Virus record (IMG/VR): IMGVR_UViG_3300021963_004854
Location: 96,001 to 160,000 of that record
DNA from: a virus
Direction: 5' to 3' (one strand)
DNA length: 64,000 bases
The translations under genes and the position numbers were made by a program. Below the pieces are notes generated by a model. It had not been told where the DNA came from. It saw only the letters and a program-made list of their open reading frames with translations, and searched no databases. Positions 36,025 to 44,846 of the stretch are shown here, piece by piece (position 1 is the stretch's first letter; the number at the start of each line of letters is the position of its first letter).

Positions 36025-36107
36025 GCGCCTATGGTGGAATTGGTAGACACGCTGGTTTTAGGTACCAGTGCGAAAGCGTGGGGGTTCGAGTCCCTCTAGG
36101 CGTACCA
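36025..36107 (+). tRNA. tRNA-Leu(TAG)
   Basis: Loop TTTAGGT, variable arm, CCA. Confidence 0.93.
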
Positions 36108-36113
36108 TTATAT

Positions 36114-36189
36114 GCTCCTGTAGCTCAGTTGGTAGAGCATCGGTTTGAAGAACCGAGTGTCGGCGGTTCGAACCCGTCTGGGAGCACCA
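36114..36189 (+). tRNA. tRNA-Phe(GAA)
   Basis: Loop TTGAAGA (G37), CCA. Confidence 0.92.
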
Positions 36190-36194
36190 GCTAT

Positions 36195-36279
36195 GGGTCG
36201 GTAAAGCCAGTGGCTCTGGCAGTCGGACTGTAAATCCGATCCGTTTTCGGGGGAGGATCGATACCTCACTGGCCCACCA
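36195..36279 (+). tRNA. tRNA-Tyr(GTA), divergent D and T loops
   Basis: Loop CTGTAAA, variable arm, T loop ATCGATA, CCA. Confidence 0.85.
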
Positions 36280-36280
36280 A

Positions 36281-36357
36281 GGTCTGGTAGCTCAGTTGGT
36301 TAGAGCGTCGGCCTGTCACGCCGAAGGTCGCGGGTTCAAGTCCCGTCCAGATCGCCA
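36281..36357 (+). tRNA. tRNA-Asp(GTC)
   Basis: Loop CTGTCAC, G73, CCA. Confidence 0.95.
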
Positions 36358-36376
36358 TTACAATAAATATATTCAT

Positions 36377-36449
36377 GCGACTGTTCTCCTGGGTGAGGAC
36401 TCAGCCTTCCAAGCTGACGGAGAGGGTTCGAATCCCTTCGGTCGCTCCA
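36377..36449 (+). tRNA. tRNA-Gly(TCC)
   Basis: Loop CTTCCAA, U73, CCA. Confidence 0.9.
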
Positions 36450-36451
36450 AT

Positions 36452-36532
36452 GCCCCCGTATACCCTCTGGCTACGAACCAGTGGAAAGGTTAACTGAATT
36501 ACATGCAGGTTTGAGTCCTGTCGGGGGCTCCA
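36452..36532 (+). tRNA. D-armless tRNA-Arg(ACG)-like RNA with enlarged variable region
   Basis: GCCCCCG/CGGGGGC acceptor + T + CCA; CTGG-CTACGAA-CCAG; GCAGG-TTTGAGT-CCTGT. Confidence 0.7.
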
Positions 36533-36554
36533 TTCTCAACGAAGGAAAAATAAT

Positions 36555-36734
36555 ATGAATATCAAAACTTACATGGCTCTAGCAGTTGCCGCTCTTACTG
36601 CCGCTTGCGCTCCAGCTTCGGAAAAACCATCGGTTGCAGAAGCCGCTGGTCCAGCCGCAGAAGAAGCACTTGCTACAGCAAATGCAACAGAAGCAGTAGA
36701 GCCTGCTCTTGGTGAAAATGAAAAGCCAAAGTAA
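36555..36734 (+). CDS. small Ala/Glu-rich lipoprotein (59 aa, not in ORF track)
   Basis: AAGGA RBS; MNIKTYMALAVAALTAA-C lipobox. Confidence 0.75.
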   Translation: MNIKTYMALAVAALTAACAPASEKPSVAEAAGPAAEEALATANATEAVEPALGENEKPK

Positions 36735-36744
36735 TTAAAAGTTT

Positions 36745-36821
<77 letters not shown>

Positions 36822-36827
36822 GTTTTT

Positions 36828-36902
36828 GTCGGTGTGTTGTAACGGTAACATGCAGGTCTCCAAAACCTTGCGATCCGGGTTCGAATCCTGGCACCCTCGC
36901 CA
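36828..36902 (+). tRNA. tRNA-Trp(CCA), two acceptor-stem mismatches
   Basis: Loop CTCCAAA; GTCGGTG vs CACCCTC. Confidence 0.85.
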
Positions 36903-36920
36903 TTTTATGACAGGTGACTT

Positions 36921-37361
36921 ATGTATGATAAAGCAAGAGAAGCAATTCTAAACTCTAGTGAAACGTCATCTGTTTATATCGGTGCCGATTCTATTAGGTT
37001 CAAGCGTAAAGACGGTCATTGGTATGCTAAGTATTCTACCGTCATTATTCTTCATATGGATTCTAAGCACGGTGCTAGAATTTTTCATAAAAACATTGAA
37101 ATGCGTGACTTTGGTAACTTACGCCAACGTCTAATAGCGGAAGTTGGATTTGCTATCGAAGCCGCAACGGCAATACTTGACGTTTTGGGTGAAAGAAAGT
37201 TGGAAATTCATCTTGACATTAACCCAAATCCAAAGTATAAGAGTAATGTAGCCGTGAAAGAAGCACTCGGCTACGTTAAAGGAACTCTTGGTATTGATGC
37301 TAAGATCAAGCCAGAGTCCTTCGCTGCAACACATGCGGCGGACCACGTTGTGCGGGGTTAG
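36921..37361 (+). CDS. RNase H-like YkuK/DUF458 protein
   Basis: VYIGADS, IHLDINP, KIKPESFAATHAAD. Confidence 0.8.
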   Translation: MYDKAREAILNSSETSSVYIGADSIRFKRKDGHWYAKYSTVIILHMDSKHGARIFHKNIEMRDFGNLRQRLIAEVGFAIEAATAILDVLGERKLEIHLDINPNPKYKSNVAVKEALGYVKGTLGIDAKIKPESFAATHAADHVVRG

Positions 37362-37427
37362 CTCAGTTGGTAGAGCGTCTGCTTTACACGCAGAATGTCG
37401 GCGGTTCGAGCCCGTCACTCCGTACCA
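37352..37427 (+). tRNA. tRNA-Val(TAC), overlaps upstream stop codon
   Basis: Loop TTTACAC, CCA. Confidence 0.95.
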
Positions 37428-37466
37428 TATATTATGATAGTATTAACAACAAAAGGTAAAACTTAT

Positions 37467-37985
37467 ATGAAAAACTTTATGATCGCAGCCGCTCTTGGCA
37501 CTGCCGCTCTCGCAACTCCTGCATTTGCTGGTGACTTTTCTGGTCCACGACTAGAAGCCACTGCTGGTGCCGATGATGTTACACGGGGCGTTGATCCTAC
37601 CGACGTAACTTATGGCGCAGGCCTTGGTTACGACCTACAGTTCGGTAAGATTGTAGTTGGTGCAGAAGCAACCGCATCAAACGTATTTGAACGTGCAGAC
37701 CTCGGTGCTGCCGCTCGTCTTGGTTATGTTTTGAACGATAACGTTCTCGCTTACACTCGCGTTGGTTATGCTAATCTTGAGCGTCCTCAGACTTGCACAC
37801 CCGGTGTTGGAACTCGTCCAGCAGTTTGCCGTAATACTGCAAACTTGGAAGGTCTAGCCCTTGGTGGTGGTCTTGAAGTGAACCTTCTTGGACCAGTTTA
37901 TACTAAGGTAGAATACCGCTATACCGACTTTGAAGGTCGCGTTGGCAAGCATAATGGTCTTGTTGGTGTAGGAATTCGTTTCTAA
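37467..37985 (+). CDS. outer-membrane beta-barrel protein (8-stranded OmpA/Ail-like)
   Basis: Signal peptide (ATPAFA), alternating beta strands, KVEYRYTDF, C-terminal GIRF beta-signal. Confidence 0.88.
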   Translation: MKNFMIAAALGTAALATPAFAGDFSGPRLEATAGADDVTRGVDPTDVTYGAGLGYDLQFGKIVVGAEATASNVFERADLGAAARLGYVLNDNVLAYTRVGYANLERPQTCTPGVGTRPAVCRNTANLEGLALGGGLEVNLLGPVYTKVEYRYTDFEGRVGKHNGLVGVGIRF

Positions 37986-38055
37986 TCCAACCCTATTAAA
38001 CTTCCTGGGTATGAAGTAAACTGCCCATTTTACATTTAACTTGGAAACTTCAAGC

Positions 38056-38598
38056 ATGTTCATAACAGATGTTTTTTCGGAAGAAGAGCTAGAAAGAATT
38101 CACGCTGATCTAGACAGTGAGTTGGAAAAAGATGGCTGGCATAGTTGGTCGAGAGCCAAACTTAATGTAGCACAAGCATCTAGCGTCGAAAAAACATCCG
38201 AATATCCCCATGAACAGGGCGACATTACATTTAAGTATATTAATGGCGATATGAAAAATCTTATTCGCCAGAAACTAATTGAAATCGACCCTAACATTAG
38301 GGGATATGATTTCACCGCTTTCTATCAGATTTGGGATGTTGGTGCTGCTACTGGAATGCATGATGACAGTAGGTATATGTTCAATGCAACGTTCTATCTG
38401 AATAAAGATTGGCTGCCAGACGATGGTGGTCTGTATGTGTATCTAGATGATGAGTATAAAGTGTTTGTTCCTAAATACAACTCTTGTGCATTTATCAATA
38501 AATCAAAATTAGAACCACATCTGGTTACCCCGATAACAACTAATGCGAGAGAAAAGCGTTATACTATTCACTGTAAAGGCATAATTATTGAAAGTTAG
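38056..38598 (+). CDS. 2OG-Fe(II) oxygenase (prolyl-hydroxylase-like)
   Basis: MHDD..FYLNKDW..GG..PHLV..RYTI. Confidence 0.85.
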   Translation: MFITDVFSEEELERIHADLDSELEKDGWHSWSRAKLNVAQASSVEKTSEYPHEQGDITFKYINGDMKNLIRQKLIEIDPNIRGYDFTAFYQIWDVGAATGMHDDSRYMFNATFYLNKDWLPDDGGLYVYLDDEYKVFVPKYNSCAFINKSKLEPHLVTPITTNAREKRYTIHCKGIIIES

Positions 38599-39325
38599 GT
38601 TTCCATAGAAACTTATCCGGATGACCGTGAAGGATTAAATCATCCGCATGAATAAATCTAATTGTCATACAAAGTCTAGTATTTTGCTTTACCCTAGAAA
38701 CTCCGTGATATGTTCCGGTGCCTTGGATAATTAATGCGTCATTTGCATTCGGTGAATATCTAAATTCGCCATCATACTTATCGTGCGCCCAGAAATCTCC
38801 ACCATTACCACCATTGGCATAATATGTAAAGCTGTGGACCTGATTGATTTCGGTATCGATAACTTGATCGTCGGCATCTAGATGTGCCTCAAGATTCTCA
38901 CCTTCTGGTAAGATATTGATGATTCCTCTAAATGGAATCCAGTTTCTATCGCCATTGAAAGGTTCTGCTTTTCTAGCAGATTGAATCATCAATCGACATA
39001 CTGGGTCTAAGTTTTTATTGAGATATTGTTCCGACCAGTCCGTGATAGTGTCGTTTGTCTGGTGAAAATATTCTGGAATTTGTGATAGTGACCACAGAAT
39101 TTGATATGCGCGGTATGTAGAAAGTCCGCATAATTTTACATTTTCACCATGAAGAACAAAACTTCTTTGTTCGTCTAGATTTTGTTTCCATTTACCTTGT
39201 GTTCGATGATGAATATAGTTATTAATACTAATTCTAGTATCTTCATCTAGATAATCATTATAAACCCAGATTTTGGAGGGCAAATACATGCCCTCCATTT
39301 CTGTTTGTAGAACCAACTCGGTCAT
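38585..39325 (-). CDS. 2OG-Fe(II) oxygenase
   Basis: AHLD..GGDF..YHGV..RLCMTIRF. Confidence 0.8.
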   Translation of the reverse strand: MTELVLQTEMEGMYLPSKIWVYNDYLDEDTRISINNYIHHRTQGKWKQNLDEQRSFVLHGENVKLCGLSTYRAYQILWSLSQIPEYFHQTNDTITDWSEQYLNKNLDPVCRLMIQSARKAEPFNGDRNWIPFRGIINILPEGENLEAHLDADDQVIDTEINQVHSFTYYANGGNGGDFWAHDKYDGEFRYSPNANDALIIQGTGTYHGVSRVKQNTRLCMTIRFIHADDLILHGHPDKFLWKPNFQ

Positions 39326-39327
39326 AA

Positions 39328-41034
39328 TTACTTAATCGCTGCACCTCTCCATGCCGCGAAATATGACTGACTGTTGATATTTTCTAACGCCGACGCAATA
39401 TCGGTATTATAATCATAGCTGGCATCGCGAGAAGGGTCTGTTGCAAAGAAGAACAGATTTGGAGAAATTGCTTCACCGACTGTTGTGGTTTGCTTGACTT
39501 TGAACTTAACAATTTCTAGTGTCTGACCTTCAGGCAGTGCTTCCATTGGCTTAGATACTGTGAATGTTCCTGTTTCAGAATTTAGAGCGATATATTGCTC
39601 ATACTTTGCCTGAATTTCTGCATTCTCCCAAACTAAAGCATATTCACCCGCTGCACCAAAGATATCTGTAGTAGAACCAAATGCCAGGTTGTTAATATCA
39701 CCGTCAATCGTTTCTACCGCTTCACTGAATATGCCAATATAGAAGTCTAGATCGCCATAGGTTGTAATTTCTCCGTTACCATCAATCAAGTGAACAATCT
39801 TATTTTGGGCGCTGGAGAATTTATTATTGTCTACGAGAAGAACACCCTTAGTTGTGTCTGCAACCAGAAGATCTAAAATAGTTTCTGGCGTTAGTGGCGA
39901 CGGTGCTACCGATAAAAGAGCGGTTGTAGAACCAGTAACGAATCCAGCAGAAATAGAAGTACCATCTGACTTGACGTATTGACCAGAGATATCTGCCACT
40001 GTTACTTGCACACCTGGCGCGAACATGTCAATAACTTGACCGAAGTTCGTTGTAATACCTTGTGAAGTTGAGAAGTTATTGAAACCTGCTGCAATATCGT
40101 CGCTATCGGATGCGGCAACAGTAATAACATTTGCCATACCAGCAGGCGAATAGTTTGCAACATCACCACCAAAGTTACCAGCAGCGGCAACAACAGTGAT
40201 GCCCGAATTAATCAGACTTTGAATTTTTTGCTCCAGATAGAAACTCTTTGGTACTAACCAAGAGCAATTTACTACCTTTGGAACTGCTGGTGTATTTTGA
40301 TGGTGAACAAGAATAGCATCGATGGCTGCACCAAGATCTAGTAGAGTTGGCTTTTGTCCAGTATCAAATGTCTTGACGTTCATTAGTTTTGCATATTGCT
40401 GTAGACCTACGTTTTTACCTACGGCGGCGGATGCAATTGCAGTACCGTGACCTAGATTGTCTGCGAAGTTTGCAAAACTGTTTAACTTGAAAAAGTCTTC
40501 CGTTTCTAAATCGGCGTGATCAAATTCTTCATGGCTGAAATTGATACCCGAGTCGATTACAAAAATTTCAGGCTTTGTTTTATAGTCTGAATTAATCTTT
40601 TCAAATGTTGTTGGGAATGGACGATAGCGTGAAGAAATTCTAATTCTTGCCCATTGCGCATCGGGTGCAGAAAGGTCAGTTGTTTCGCCAGTTAGCGCAC
40701 TCATCAATTTTACTGGAGCATCTGCTGGGTCCATTTTGCCACCAACTAAGTCATAAAGCGCAAGAGGGTCAGAAGTCTTTACGATATATGTGTTATCGCC
40801 TAAATCGTCATCGACTGTTACCGTCTCTAATACTGCCGCGTCATCGGTGTTGATGATAACTGATACTTCACCAGTACCGTCAAGAGCAATATCTTCCACG
40901 CTCGTATCAGCCTTGGCCACACTAAGAAGTGCTAATGGAATATAAATAGTTTCTGATTCAGAAACCGGTAAACCGCACTTTTCTGCAAAAACATTTCTGC
41001 TCTCAATAGTAGAGAAGGTTAATTGGTATTGCAT
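39328..41034 (-). CDS. S8 subtilisin-like serine protease with prodomain and C-terminal extension
   Basis: VIDSG, GHGT, AAGN, DMFAPG, GTSISAG; start at MQYQL after AGGA. Confidence 0.9.
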   Translation of the reverse strand: MQYQLTFSTIESRNVFAEKCGLPVSESETIYIPLALLSVAKADTSVEDIALDGTGEVSVIINTDDAAVLETVTVDDDLGDNTYIVKTSDPLALYDLVGGKMDPADAPVKLMSALTGETTDLSAPDAQWARIRISSRYRPFPTTFEKINSDYKTKPEIFVIDSGINFSHEEFDHADLETEDFFKLNSFANFADNLGHGTAIASAAVGKNVGLQQYAKLMNVKTFDTGQKPTLLDLGAAIDAILVHHQNTPAVPKVVNCSWLVPKSFYLEQKIQSLINSGITVVAAAGNFGGDVANYSPAGMANVITVAASDSDDIAAGFNNFSTSQGITTNFGQVIDMFAPGVQVTVADISGQYVKSDGTSISAGFVTGSTTALLSVAPSPLTPETILDLLVADTTKGVLLVDNNKFSSAQNKIVHLIDGNGEITTYGDLDFYIGIFSEAVETIDGDINNLAFGSTTDIFGAAGEYALVWENAEIQAKYEQYIALNSETGTFTVSKPMEALPEGQTLEIVKFKVKQTTTVGEAISPNLFFFATDPSRDASYDYNTDIASALENINSQSYFAAWRGAAIK

Positions 41035-41075
41035 TGATATAATCCTATCTGAGATTAACAAGGTAAATTCTGTTA

Positions 41076-41083
41076 TATTTATA
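41076..41083 (-). promoter_or_regulatory. T4-type late promoter (minus strand) for the subtilase
   Basis: TATTTATA on + equals TATAAATA on -, about 40 nt upstream of ATG 41034. Confidence 0.7.
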
Positions 41084-41093
41084 AAGGCACGCT

Positions 41094-41816
41094 ATGCTAG
41101 TTCATGTTATAAGCAATTTAGATTTGAAGTTCCACGAATTTACTCCAATAGAAGATGAAGTTATTCCTGATGGCACAGACTTAGTAATTTTTTGCGGCGG
41201 ATTTTCAAATAGAATGAAACGTTCATTGCTATATTGTGAAACATTGATACAGAAATACCCCGATGTTAAATTTATAATGAACATGGCACCCATCGACCAT
41301 TATATGGAAGTACCAGACATTTTATATAGCGCAATGCGAGTTCGCTATGAAAATAGTCCGCTAAGAAATTTACATTACTCCAAAGAGCCATTTCAAACTA
41401 ACGATTACGACATTCTAACGTTGGTGGGTTGGCCAAAAGTAAATCAAGTTCCCGAAAAATTAGAAAAGGTTTTTGGCACTCCACGCCCGCGATATCTAAA
41501 AGATGGCGAATGCTGTAATACTCAATTTAGGTATTTTGTTTCGTTGGAAGAGATGAATGCATTTTATCAGCAAGAACGACATATGTTAGAAGAATGGTTA
41601 GCAACCGATTCCGGTAAACAAAAAATATTAGTAACAGGCACCGCGCCCCTAAATGACCCGTATGCAGGCGAATACAAATTATATGAAGATTTGAATCTAT
41701 CTGATATTATTTGGATTCATGGTGGGAATGAAATCTATGATAAGACTGAGAACGATACTAGATTAATCTGCAATCCAGGCAGAGGATTGTCTAGAAGCAA
41801 TACATTTATCGTATAG
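41094..41816 (+). CDS. degenerate calcineurin-like metallophosphoesterase fold
   Basis: HVISNLDL, DLVIFCG, WIHG, RLICNPG; canonical DxH/GD/GNH ligands altered. Confidence 0.55.
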   Translation: MLVHVISNLDLKFHEFTPIEDEVIPDGTDLVIFCGGFSNRMKRSLLYCETLIQKYPDVKFIMNMAPIDHYMEVPDILYSAMRVRYENSPLRNLHYSKEPFQTNDYDILTLVGWPKVNQVPEKLEKVFGTPRPRYLKDGECCNTQFRYFVSLEEMNAFYQQERHMLEEWLATDSGKQKILVTGTAPLNDPYAGEYKLYEDLNLSDIIWIHGGNEIYDKTENDTRLICNPGRGLSRSNTFIV

Positions 41817-42758
41817 CGCATTTAACGCTATTTTCTGTTCGTTAGTTGTTTCAAATCTATTGATGTTTGGCGTGGGATTTTTTAGACGTAGGGGAAATCT
41901 AAATCTCTTTTCAAATGCCCAACCATCACCGCCGGTGAGGTCTTTAATCTTCTCCTTCACTTGCTCAAACCCAGTAAATTTTGTCTCTTGTGGGATTATC
42001 TCGAACCCTGCAGCCCTATAACCAGAGAATTTAGTTTTATATCGGTCAGACACAATATTATCATAATTGGTCACGTTTGCCAGCAAATTAATCGTTGTGG
42101 TATCTAATAGACTAGATTTTTCTAAGTGGCAACTAAACGCAATCGAAAACTTCCAATGATACGATAGAAAATCTCCCATGACGTAAAATCCGGATCTTTC
42201 GGAAAAACTCCGCCAATCGTTTTGTTCTTTAGTTGTGGGATAAAACCAGCCATCAAAGGTATTGATTAAAGTATTGCCTCCACATACCGCAGAAGTATAT
42301 CCCATTTCTTGTAGTTTCTCAAATAGTATAAAATGAGTTGCAAATTGTGGACTACTAACATCATATTTATTGGCAAATTCAATTAAGTTTCTACTAAGAA
42401 ATTGAATTACATCTACGTCAATAAACTTATAAGATACTTTTCTGGCATCACAAAATTCTACGGCAGTTTTAATGTCATGCCAATTCAGGTCATCAGGAAA
42501 TCTCATTATGATAATATCAAAAGAAACTCCTGCTCGAATAAAGCAATCAACCATAACTTGACTATCTATTCCGCCGCTTAGACAGACTGCCGGATTTGTT
42601 CCTAAATTTGGCAATAGAGTATTTACCGCATCAATGGAATAATCCCAGATGATATTTGGTTCTATCGAATCTATTTGTTCAGGAGTAAGATTTAATTTCC
42701 ATACCATAGCATCATCATTGACACTGGATGTTATCCAATCATCATAGAATTTTGGCAT
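41763..42758 (-). CDS. PP-loop (asparagine-synthase-like) adenylating enzyme
   Basis: VCLSGGIDSQ; KFTGFE. Confidence 0.65.
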   Translation of the reverse strand: MPKFYDDWITSSVNDDAMVWKLNLTPEQIDSIEPNIIWDYSIDAVNTLLPNLGTNPAVCLSGGIDSQVMVDCFIRAGVSFDIIIMRFPDDLNWHDIKTAVEFCDARKVSYKFIDVDVIQFLSRNLIEFANKYDVSSPQFATHFILFEKLQEMGYTSAVCGGNTLINTFDGWFYPTTKEQNDWRSFSERSGFYVMGDFLSYHWKFSIAFSCHLEKSSLLDTTTINLLANVTNYDNIVSDRYKTKFSGYRAAGFEIIPQETKFTGFEQVKEKIKDLTGGDGWAFEKRFRFPLRLKNPTPNINRFETTNEQKIALNALYDKCIASRQSSAWIAD

Positions 42759-43371
42759 TGTTTGCTACTTGCTGTATGCTATTATCGGTTGCCATGATGT
42801 TCATAACGAACATGATAGAATTGTCTACGAAGGAAAAGACAGAATGCTCCTTTGTTGTATTAACAAAGTATGCTCTACCAATTTCAAAGTTTAAAATTTT
42901 ATCTTCCTGTATCCATTTAACTTGATGTTTACCGAAATTATGCAATGGAACAATTATTCTAAAGGTGTTACTGGGTAAAGATGTGCCATTATCACGATGC
43001 GGAGGGAAAAATCCGCCACGGTCTAACCGGAGAAAGTGGCATCGACCACAATCATTACCAAACAAATTAAGAATTCTTTCCAGGTCGGGATAACGAGAAA
43101 CAATGCTTGTTCTCTTATTGAAATCGGCTTCTGTAAACGTTGTGCCATTAATTCTATTATATTCTCGAAGCGAATCTAAATCTGGAATTCCGGAGAATCC
43201 ACCATCCGCACTAGTAACAGAAAGTCCGTATCTGTTATATCCATCTTTACGCGGATTATATTGCACCCAGCCTGGATGAGTTATCAATTTCTCTGGGTCT
43301 TCCAGATTCCATTGATAATCGAGTTCTATAACATCACCAAAATTTGAAACTAAGTCTGTGATACTAGCCAT
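42742..43371 (-). CDS. aspartyl/asparaginyl beta-hydroxylase-like 2OG oxygenase
   Basis: FPPHRD..RIIVPL..FVNTTKEHSV. Confidence 0.8.
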   Translation of the reverse strand: MASITDLVSNFGDVIELDYQWNLEDPEKLITHPGWVQYNPRKDGYNRYGLSVTSADGGFSGIPDLDSLREYNRINGTTFTEADFNKRTSIVSRYPDLERILNLFGNDCGRCHFLRLDRGGFFPPHRDNGTSLPSNTFRIIVPLHNFGKHQVKWIQEDKILNFEIGRAYFVNTTKEHSVFSFVDNSIMFVMNIMATDNSIQQVANNAKIL

Positions 43372-43978
43372 TGATTATCCTAAGATATTTGATGTTATCA
43401 ATCTTTTCTTCCACTGATATTGCGGGTGTTGTCTTGAACCATATCACAATTGCATATCTTTCACCCGAAGTTATAGTAGATACTTTATGTAAATATCTCC
43501 AATTTGACGGAAAGGTTATCACTTGACCGCTCTTGGGTTTAATCGTCTTGTTGAAGAAGTTGAACGTCAATTCCCCACCATCATAATCATCATTTAAATA
43601 TAATATGCAAGTTAAATCTTTGTGGTCTGGTCCTATCTTGATCATATCATCTTCCAGATATTGCCCGTCAATATGAGTTACATAATGTCCACCTGCTTCG
43701 TATTTAACAAACTCTACTACTGATAGTTCACATGGAAGTTTATATGTTTCTTCCAAATAGACCCTGCATTGGTCTATAACATATTCGACTCGTGTATTGA
43801 AGCTAGAATAGTCAATGAATTTGGTGTCACAGATTTTTGTATCGGTAACAGCCGAATTATTTTCTATGTGAGTACCTTGTGTGGTAGGCGAGTGTTTGGC
43901 ATTCTGATATAATACCTCCACTTGTAGTTTGGAGAATATATCCTGATTGATAATGATTTTATTTGATTCAAACATCAC
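43364..43978 (-). CDS. prolyl 4-hydroxylase-like 2OG-Fe(II) oxygenase
   Basis: KYEAGGHYVTHID..YLNDDYDGGEL..FPSN..HKV..GERYAIVIW. Confidence 0.9.
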   Translation of the reverse strand: MMFESNKIIINQDIFSKLQVEVLYQNAKHSPTTQGTHIENNSAVTDTKICDTKFIDYSSFNTRVEYVIDQCRVYLEETYKLPCELSVVEFVKYEAGGHYVTHIDGQYLEDDMIKIGPDHKDLTCILYLNDDYDGGELTFNFFNKTIKPKSGQVITFPSNWRYLHKVSTITSGERYAIVIWFKTTPAISVEEKIDNIKYLRIING

Positions 43979-44016
43979 GCGATTCCTAATGCCATAGCGA
44001 TATTATATATAACCAT

Positions 44017-44466
44017 ATGGTAATAGAAATTTCATTTGAACAAATCGTTCCGTTCTGGCAACGTCTTTGGCCATGGGGCAGCGAACAAACATTAGAGCCA
44101 CATAGCTGCATGAGATATGGCGGTGGTTATTTTGGATTAGATTATATTCCGGATATTACATATTTTGCGCTGCTAGTGGATGATGAAATTGTCGGCGTAA
44201 ATAGCGGACATACCACGCCAGATAATCTTTATCGAAGTCGCGGACTATGGATAGAACCCGAATATAGAGGCAAAGGTTTAGGTGTCCCGTTGCTAACTGC
44301 TAGTGTCACTAAAGCCAGACAACTAAATTGTGAGGGTATATGGAGTTTTCCTCGTGATACAAGTCGCAAAACATATGAAGCAGCCGGTTTCATCATAACA
44401 AGCGACTGGATAATTTCCGACCATAACATCAAAAATGCATATTGCTTCCAAAAAACTATTGATTAA
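44017..44466 (+). CDS. GNAT acetyltransferase
   Basis: PEYRGKGLG, YEAAGF. Confidence 0.85.
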   Translation: MVIEISFEQIVPFWQRLWPWGSEQTLEPHSCMRYGGGYFGLDYIPDITYFALLVDDEIVGVNSGHTTPDNLYRSRGLWIEPEYRGKGLGVPLLTASVTKARQLNCEGIWSFPRDTSRKTYEAAGFIITSDWIISDHNIKNAYCFQKTID

Positions 44467-44520
44467 TGTTCGATAATAGCGTATATTAAATCAACAACTT
44501 AACAGTAACGAAAGAATACC

Positions 44521-44838
44521 ATGCCAGTATATGATCTAATGAACGTAGAAACAGGTGAAGAGTGGGAAGAAAAAATGTCTTACGAAGACATGAAGGAGCT
44601 TACCGCAGATGGCACGATACGAATGGTTTACAAGAAAGTAAACTTTGTTCACGCCACCGGTTCGGATGGCGGCGGTAAGGTGCCAGACCATTTCAAGGAA
44701 GTTATGTCCAAGATTGCAGAAGCCAATCCTACTAGTCCCTTAGCACAGGAATATGGTAAGAAAGACCACAAAACAATCAAGACCCGCGATGCTGTCGATA
44801 AAGCCCGGAAGAAAGCCGGTGGTTCTCTTATAGGGTAA
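44521..44838 (+). CDS. FmdB-like T4-like small protein
   Basis: MPVYDLMNVETGE..FKEVMSKI. Confidence 0.6.
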   Translation: MPVYDLMNVETGEEWEEKMSYEDMKELTADGTIRMVYKKVNFVHATGSDGGGKVPDHFKEVMSKIAEANPTSPLAQEYGKKDHKTIKTRDAVDKARKKAGGSLIG

Positions 44839-44846
44839 AATACCGC

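Noticed and set aside
40941-40948. TATAAATA on the + strand inside the subtilase gene
   Set aside because: Lies within an AT-rich antisense coding region about 150 nt from ORF 41094; may be chance
44486-44503. Possible CtrA box TTAA..TTAAC
   Set aside because: Half-site spacing is 9 nt, not the canonical 7
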